Shown piece after piece: positions 53,429-58,866 of a DNA stretch of 58,866 nt. Source of the stretch: a virus (lineage: Duplodnaviria; Caudoviricetes); IMG/VR virus record IMGVR_UViG_3300014656_000032, positions 1 to 58,866 of that record; one strand, written 5' to 3'. The stretch's first letter is position 1; each line of letters begins with the position of its first letter. The notes under the pieces were generated by a model that did no database searches, was not told the DNA's origin, and was given only the letters and a program-made list of their open reading frames with translations. The position numbers were made by a program, and so were the translations under genes.

Positions 53429-54316
53429 TCAATCTGCATTCCAGGCGGCCAGTCTGATTTCCTCGTCAGTCATCTCGCCTGCTGGTTTCGGTTTCGGGCC
53501 AGGCTGCGTGCGTTGAACAGTGCTCCTCTGAAGCCTGTCCTTACGATCCGCCGCTATCTGCTCTGGCGTCTTCTTGGCACTCCTGTTGGCGTACATACTC
53601 AACACTTGAGCCGCTTCCGCCGCCGTCTCTCCATTTTCCGCCATTTTCCTGACATCCTCGGGTTGTTCGGACAGCCACGTCTTATACTCCGCCGATTTCA
53701 CCGTGTCCCGCCATTTCGGATGTGCAAACGTCAGCATCTTGAGTTCCATCCGTTTCTCGAACTCTGTTTCCAGCCCGGCTCTTACACGCCGTTCAACTGC
53801 TGAAACATCCACCGCAACCGGCTGTTGCGGACGGTTTGCCTTCTGGAATTCGGCCAGTTCATGGGCTACAAGTGCCTGCACGCCTTCGCCCCATTCGGGG
53901 AAGTCATTCTTCAGTTCTTCCCATTTTGCCCTCGATTCTGCGGCCTGCTGCATCTGAGATTCGGTCGGGGCCACCGTAGCGTCTCTTGCCGCCTTACGTG
54001 CCTTTGCGAGTTCGTTGGTAATACCACCGATACGGCTCTCGGCCTGCTTCAGCCGATACTCGGATTGACGCAACGCTTCGCTGCTCTGCTCGAACTTACC
54101 GGACAGATCTTGGTACATAGCCTTGATTCCAGGATCGACATTAGCCCAAGGATCTTGCGGTCCTTCCGGCGCCGGCTCCAGTTCCGGTTCGGCATCGACA
54201 ACCCGGGCGGTCTCCCCGGATTCCTCGGCCTCTATCTCAGCAACGACTTCATCGCGCATCTTAGCATATTCTTCTTCCGACATTTCTTCGGTGATGTTTT
54301 CGGCTTCTTCCGGCAT
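53429..54316 (-). CDS. Scaffolding protein
   Basis: Acidic helical protein between portal and MCP; ELKNDFPEW, HPKWRDTV.S.EY..WL..QP. Confidence 0.8.
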   Translation of the reverse strand: MPEEAENITEEMSEEEYAKMRDEVVAEIEAEESGETARVVDAEPELEPAPEGPQDPWANVDPGIKAMYQDLSGKFEQSSEALRQSEYRLKQAESRIGGITNELAKARKAARDATVAPTESQMQQAAESRAKWEELKNDFPEWGEGVQALVAHELAEFQKANRPQQPVAVDVSAVERRVRAGLETEFEKRMELKMLTFAHPKWRDTVKSAEYKTWLSEQPEDVRKMAENGETAAEAAQVLSMYANRSAKKTPEQIAADRKDRLQRSTVQRTQPGPKPKPAGEMTDEEIRLAAWNAD

Positions 54317-54391
54317 CGTAAGTTTCTCCTTCCCGGCTTTCGGGCGGGATAGTCTTGGGGCGGTCTCACCCGGCCCTGTTAAAAACGTATA

Positions 54392-54652
54392 TCAATAGCC
54401 CGCAAACCTCAGATCATCATCATCGCTCAGAATGCCTTTTCGCTTGGCGGTGCGTATCTCTACGTCCGGCATCGAAATGACTTCCTTCCACGCTTTTATC
54501 TGGCCGCGAATCAGTACCGTCTCGCGGTCCCCCTTGGCTGCGGAGTCATTGCTCTCCCTCAGGTCTTCAATCCTTTTTTTGGCAAACCAAACCACATGGG
54601 CCCACGTGTCCGAATTGAGATCCAGTCGCCCCTGCCTGCCGTCCTGGGCCAT
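54392..54652 (-). CDS. Small conserved head-module protein (start approximate)
   Basis: S.TW..V......RI..LRE.ND......ET..IRGQI. Confidence 0.7.
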   Translation of the reverse strand: MAQDGRQGRLDLNSDTWAHVVWFAKKRIEDLRESNDSAAKGDRETVLIRGQIKAWKEVISMPDVEIRTAKRKGILSDDDDLRFAGY

Positions 54653-54680
54653 GTCGCCTACAACAAGCGGCTCTGGCGTT

Positions 54681-55043
54681 CTACTTAATAATCTCTTCCA
54701 CTTTCTCAGCACGCACACCATCGGCAATCACCGTCCTGTAACACCTTGAATGATACACCCCTTCATCTGACATCACGTACCGCTGTCCCTTTACGATATA
54801 CGCGTCACAACCGTCACATGACACGTGATCGAACCCGCTGAGAAACTCGTGCATCCCGATCTCTACCCAACCCGTGCCCATGTCTGGCATCGTGTCCTGC
54901 TGCACCACGCTGACAGAATGCCCGGTTCTGTCCGTCTCCTCAACTACCAGACACTTGCCCCACCTGTGCGTATGGACCTCGCCCGATACCGATATCTTGC
55001 GCCCCTTCTCGTGACAATAAAATTTTCCTGGTTCCATCATCAT
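54681..55043 (-). CDS. Hypothetical protein with C-terminal zinc-binding motif
   Basis: CDGC...YH.RC; coupled to the portal stop. Confidence 0.6.
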   Translation of the reverse strand: MMMEPGKFYCHEKGRKISVSGEVHTHRWGKCLVVEETDRTGHSVSVVQQDTMPDMGTGWVEIGMHEFLSGFDHVSCDGCDAYIVKGQRYVMSDEGVYHSRCYRTVIADGVRAEKVEEIIK

Positions 55044-57346
55044 TGCTGAAACGCCTTTCCCTCCTGCGCTCGTCCTGGCGGCTCGGTCGGAGGTGTCGCC
55101 ACCTGCTCGGCGGCATTGGTTTCCTGGGTGGCCAGCGCCACCTGGGTCCTGAGTCTCTGCGAATTAGTTGATAGATCCGCCTTGATCTTGTCCAGTGCGA
55201 TCCCCTGCTTAGACGCCAACTCCATTAGTTTTATATCCCTATCCAACATCTTCATCTCACGCTCGTGTGCCCTGTCGTCCTGCGCCATCTGAGCCCGCAA
55301 CTGAAGCTCGGCCATGTCCGCCTGCTGAACCAACTGCGCTTTCTGGAGATCTCCCTGCGCTCTCATCTGAGCCACTTGGAGAGCGCCCTGCGTTTTGGGA
55401 TCCGGCTGTTGCGGCTGTCCTTCCTTGGCCCGCTTGTTCTCGATGACCTTTTCCTTCGGCAATAAAACGTCCAGCTTGCGGGCCTTGAAATACTGCCGCA
55501 TGAGCAGCTCCCAGTCCACCATCGCGCTGATGTCCGGATCGGCCTTGGCAGCGATGATCTCCTTCATGTCGTTCGCTTCCTGATCCCGGGCCAGCAGCAC
55601 GCTCACACCTCGAGCGTCAACTTTGTAGTCGCCCTTGATATCGTCGTCCTCCCCGAACTGCATCTCCCAATCGTAGTACCGCGTTAAATGCGGATCGGTA
55701 ACCCGCCTGTCCCACTGCCTGACTCGGCTTCGCAGTGCAACGTTGTTACTATCCACGAGAATGTTCGTGGCTCCCAGGGTGTCGGGCAACTTGCCCTTCT
55801 CGCCCTGGAATATCATCGGGATAGACGTCTCCATGTCCATAAACCGCAATACCATGTCGATGATGGCCTGCAACTCCGGCTGATTGTTCGCTATCTGGAA
55901 CTGGGCAAACGCTTTATTGACGTCATCCACATCGCCTGTCGCACGCCACAATTTCTTCCCGCCTACAGTCCACTCGTCATCGGCAGGCTCAACGCCGTCC
56001 CCTACCACAAAATTAGCCCCGGCCGAATCGCCCGCGTTGTCCATCATCGCACGCCACGCGGCTATCATGATCCGCCCCTGCCACATCAACTGTCGCGGGA
56101 TGCCCTTTCCCCACGGAACCCCGGATCGACGGGACCAGACAAACCAGTCATACGGCAGCTCGCCCGTCTCAAGCGGGTTTAGCTCAACCTTGATCGGGAT
56201 GTCATTGACCAGTAAGACAACCGCAGATACGCTGCTTGTCAGGGCTTCGTCGCACGCACATCCCAACTCTAGCAGGTCGTCCTTGTCCAGATCGCCCCGG
56301 AACTCCCACGTTTCATACGTGCTACCCCTGGATATGTGATTGTATCTCAGCCGGTACGGATTGTTGTCGTCCTTGTCGGGCGCTGCCGTCAGCCGCTGCG
56401 GCTCCTGATCGAGTACATCCCTGATCGCTTTCTCCCGGTATCCTGGCTGCGTGAGCCAGTCCCGCAGATCTCTCGGGCTGGCAGTCCCTCGCTCCCACAC
56501 GTACCCCGCCTTGCGGAAATCGTCCCCGCAATCGGGATCGGGGAATATGTTCCACGGATCCACGCTGTATGATATCGGCGTGAGGCTCTTCTCCATCGTC
56601 AGCACCCGCACCACCACGGGCTCCCCGTTCTCTGCCGTCTCGGACTGAGAATCCCAACGCCGATTCACCTTCCCCGACGGAACCGGGCCTTTTAGGATTC
56701 CAGTCCCGAGCCGCACGGCCTTCTCAACCGCGTCCATGCATTCCGAGTTATAGTCGCACTCAGTTAAATAGTCGTTGATCTTATTCTCCATCCCCGCCAT
56801 TTTCTGATCTGCGATCCGCTTGTCGCTGATAGCGATATCAGCCACCACCATCTGCTTCCCGCTCCTGTCGAGGATGGGATCCTTGGTTTCGACGTCCCGG
56901 ACGGGAGCCTCGTTTTCCAGCAGTGCCGGCAGGTCTGGTATCGGAGTTGATTTCAGGCCCCAATTCCTGTCGTCAGTCGGCAGAAGGATCTCGACGAACC
57001 GCCCAGAAGCCGTTTCGCATTTGCCCCTTATGACATTAACCACCACCCGCGACCGCCGAGGGCTTTGATGAGACTGCGGCATCGGAGCGGTCTGCGCAGC
57101 GTAGTCTATCATCCGCGTCAACTTGCCGTACTCATCTTCGCCGTCATACGCGAGTTCGTCCTCCTGCCAATCCCGTTCGATCCCGCACGCCGCTCGCGCC
57201 AAAATGGCGATCTCCCGCTTTTTCAGCACCGACGCCGTAAGTCGCTCAATCGCCCCGTCCTCCTCGGACTCTTCCTTGGGCGTCTTCTCGTCGTACTCGT
57301 CGGCATCGTATGCTTTCTGCCTCTGGATCTGGATGGCGTTTGTCAT
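55040..57346 (-). CDS. Portal protein
   Basis: 768 aa directly after terL; L.PTDDRNW...TP.P, GTGILKGP, VDPWNIFPDP, IKGDYKVDARG; Q-rich C-terminal barrel-like region. Confidence 0.9.
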   Translation of the reverse strand: MTNAIQIQRQKAYDADEYDEKTPKEESEEDGAIERLTASVLKKREIAILARAACGIERDWQEDELAYDGEDEYGKLTRMIDYAAQTAPMPQSHQSPRRSRVVVNVIRGKCETASGRFVEILLPTDDRNWGLKSTPIPDLPALLENEAPVRDVETKDPILDRSGKQMVVADIAISDKRIADQKMAGMENKINDYLTECDYNSECMDAVEKAVRLGTGILKGPVPSGKVNRRWDSQSETAENGEPVVVRVLTMEKSLTPISYSVDPWNIFPDPDCGDDFRKAGYVWERGTASPRDLRDWLTQPGYREKAIRDVLDQEPQRLTAAPDKDDNNPYRLRYNHISRGSTYETWEFRGDLDKDDLLELGCACDEALTSSVSAVVLLVNDIPIKVELNPLETGELPYDWFVWSRRSGVPWGKGIPRQLMWQGRIMIAAWRAMMDNAGDSAGANFVVGDGVEPADDEWTVGGKKLWRATGDVDDVNKAFAQFQIANNQPELQAIIDMVLRFMDMETSIPMIFQGEKGKLPDTLGATNILVDSNNVALRSRVRQWDRRVTDPHLTRYYDWEMQFGEDDDIKGDYKVDARGVSVLLARDQEANDMKEIIAAKADPDISAMVDWELLMRQYFKARKLDVLLPKEKVIENKRAKEGQPQQPDPKTQGALQVAQMRAQGDLQKAQLVQQADMAELQLRAQMAQDDRAHEREMKMLDRDIKLMELASKQGIALDKIKADLSTNSQRLRTQVALATQETNAAEQVATPPTEPPGRAQEGKAFQQ

Positions 57347-58638
57347 CAGTATCCTACTGCCTCGTCCAGCACGCCGAACGACATCACAGGCTTTCTCGGC
57401 CGGCGCTCCGTCTCGTTGTGCATGTTGTCAATGTTTGCAGCCATATACCGTATACAGTCAGCCGCGTGACGACTGTGATCGGACTGTGGCGTTCCGGCTG
57501 TCAAAGTCTGCCGATTGATTTTCCGGTTGTAGCGTTTGAGCCGTTCCAGAAGTGTAACCGTGTTATCTTTATCGAAATACATCCTGGGCCACGTCATGCG
57601 GACGTTCCGGATTCCTTCTTCTACTCCAAGATCAGCGACCTCTTCTTTTTTTGCAACTGTCCAACCGAGGGCAGTCATAATCTGATCGGCGCCCTTTCCC
57701 GTTTTGAAATCTTTAGAAAAACCGTCCGCCGGCGGGAGCCAGACTTTGCCCCAGTTGTACCCCATCTCCCGCAACTGATTGCTGTAGCTAGCCAAGGTGC
57801 GGTGGTGGTCCTCAATGTAGTGACACACTCTGATCTCAGCACCGAGACGCTGCACGATTATTATAGCCATCTCGTCATTCCAGCCTAAGTCGATCACCAC
57901 GTGCGCTTTGAGCATTAGATCCACAGGCACGGAGCGTATACGTCCGCCTAGTTCGGCGCTCGTGATCTCCCCGTAGTAGATCGCACCCTCAACGGCTGGC
58001 TTGCACCTTCCTTCCCAAATGTGGTTATATTCGCTGTCCGGGAGCGTCGCCTTGTCATGAAGTCGCTCTGCCTGCAAAACCCGCGGGAACCACGGATTGT
58101 CGCGCCAGTTAACCTCCACCAACTGCGTGTCCGGCGGTGTGTTTTTTATAAACCGAACATATGTGGGATCCAGGTCTAACTCGGGGTTGAGCGACACCCA
58201 GATTTCTGATTTCTCCTTGCGGATCGTGGGGATCAGGATCTGCCAGCTGCGGCTTGATATGACCTGCGCCTCCTCTACCCATACGATATCAACGCCTTCA
58301 TATGATTTTATCGACTCTACAGTCTGCGTCGCCAGCCCGACATAAATAATCTCGGTGCCTATAATGCCCCGAATCTCCTGCTCCAAGACGATATATTTGC
58401 TCCCAAGCCCCAGCGCCTGGATTTGATCCTCCAACAGTTTGTGGACGCTGTCTTTGATCGATCTCTGCACCTCGCGAGCACACAGAATCCTGAGCTTTTC
58501 GTTCACACCCTTCAACAGAAGCGCCCGGGCGAAATTCCAGCTCTTGCCACTGCCGCGGCCGCCGTATGCAACTTTATAGCGGCTCGGCGTGAATAAGAAC
58601 CGTAATTTCTCAGGAAATTTTGCTACCTGCTTTGCCAC
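57346..58638 (-). CDS. terL: Terminase large subunit (PBSX-like)
   Basis: YGGRGSGKS Walker A, CAREVQRSI.DSV, WVEEAQ Walker B, NWRDNPWFP, IDLG..D, H.AD..RY. Confidence 0.96.
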   Translation of the reverse strand: MAKQVAKFPEKLRFLFTPSRYKVAYGGRGSGKSWNFARALLLKGVNEKLRILCAREVQRSIKDSVHKLLEDQIQALGLGSKYIVLEQEIRGIIGTEIIYVGLATQTVESIKSYEGVDIVWVEEAQVISSRSWQILIPTIRKEKSEIWVSLNPELDLDPTYVRFIKNTPPDTQLVEVNWRDNPWFPRVLQAERLHDKATLPDSEYNHIWEGRCKPAVEGAIYYGEITSAELGGRIRSVPVDLMLKAHVVIDLGWNDEMAIIIVQRLGAEIRVCHYIEDHHRTLASYSNQLREMGYNWGKVWLPPADGFSKDFKTGKGADQIMTALGWTVAKKEEVADLGVEEGIRNVRMTWPRMYFDKDNTVTLLERLKRYNRKINRQTLTAGTPQSDHSRHAADCIRYMAANIDNMHNETERRPRKPVMSFGVLDEAVGY

Positions 58639-58639
58639 G

Positions 58640-58866
58640 TTACCACGGCTCCGTGTACTTCCCCTGCAAAATCGAATAGAAAACTTTCTGCACTTTCACG
58701 AAATACAAAAACGAATGCCAGCTTATTCCGAACTCGCGCTGGGATTTGATTTCAACCTTCACAGCCGATTTTTTGAACGTCCAGTCGGCATCCAACCGCC
58801 CGGGATCTTGCCCGATACTCAAGCCGAGCCGCACGGTGCCGTTACTCTCATTGAGATCCAGCACAA
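58640..58866 (-). CDS. Hypothetical protein, C-terminal part (continuation of 214..1)
   Basis: In frame across the circular junction; stops 1 nt before the terL start. Confidence 0.8.
   Translation of the reverse strand, partial: VLDLNESNGTVRLGLSIGQDPGRLDADWTFKKSAVKVEIKSQREFGISWHSFLYFVKVQKVFYSILQGKYTEPW

Larger units (their letters stand above)
1..58866. mobile_element. Complete circular or circularly permuted tailed phage genome (podovirus-like, N4-gp56-type capsid)
   Basis: Full set of packaging, head, tail, ejection, lysis, replication and recombination genes; terS near the left end and terL near the right end on the same strand; an ORF is continuous across the junction. Confidence 0.93.

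Overview
The window looks like a complete, circularly permuted ~58.9-kb genome of a tailed dsDNA phage with podovirus-type architecture. A minus-strand ORF reads in frame across the 1/58866 junction. The late arm (minus strand, 1288 to 1, then 58866 to 23463) carries the small and large terminase, portal, scaffold, an N4-gp56-like major capsid protein, a 1046-aa repeat-rich putative head fibre, adaptor and tail proteins, a chaperone-cleaved tail fibre, ejection proteins (one with ~16 x 47-aa repeats), a 2598-aa polyvalent protein, secreted-looking proteins including a DUF285/BspA repeat protein, and a lysis cassette. The replication and modification block (minus, 14.8-5.0 kb) has an HTH regulator, a DUF1376-type initiator followed by two 12-bp repeat arrays, methyltransferases, an SF2 helicase, a primase, nucleases and a radical SAM protein. 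A recombination and accessory block (plus, 15-23.5 kb) has SSB, ERF, a lambda-type exonuclease and many small genes. I found no integrase, polymerase, reverse transcriptase, tRNA or CRISPR array. The most notable unexplained structures are: (1) a complete sigma-54-type promoter architecture (two pairs of palindromic upstream sites, IHF-like sites, a -24/-12 box) although no activator is recognisable in the genome; (2) downstream of it, a series of small genes, most preceded by the same GCCCC-N6-GGGGC hairpin plus Shine-Dalgarno element; (3) decayed integron attC-like half-sites bounding AT-rich accessory genes; (4) methyltransferases ending in a sliding-clamp-like motif; (5) an inverted DNA copy of a DUF285 repeat about 5 kb from the parent gene. 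All protein family calls come from motif recognition by eye, not from database searches. A Desulfobacterota-like Gram-negative host is only an inference.
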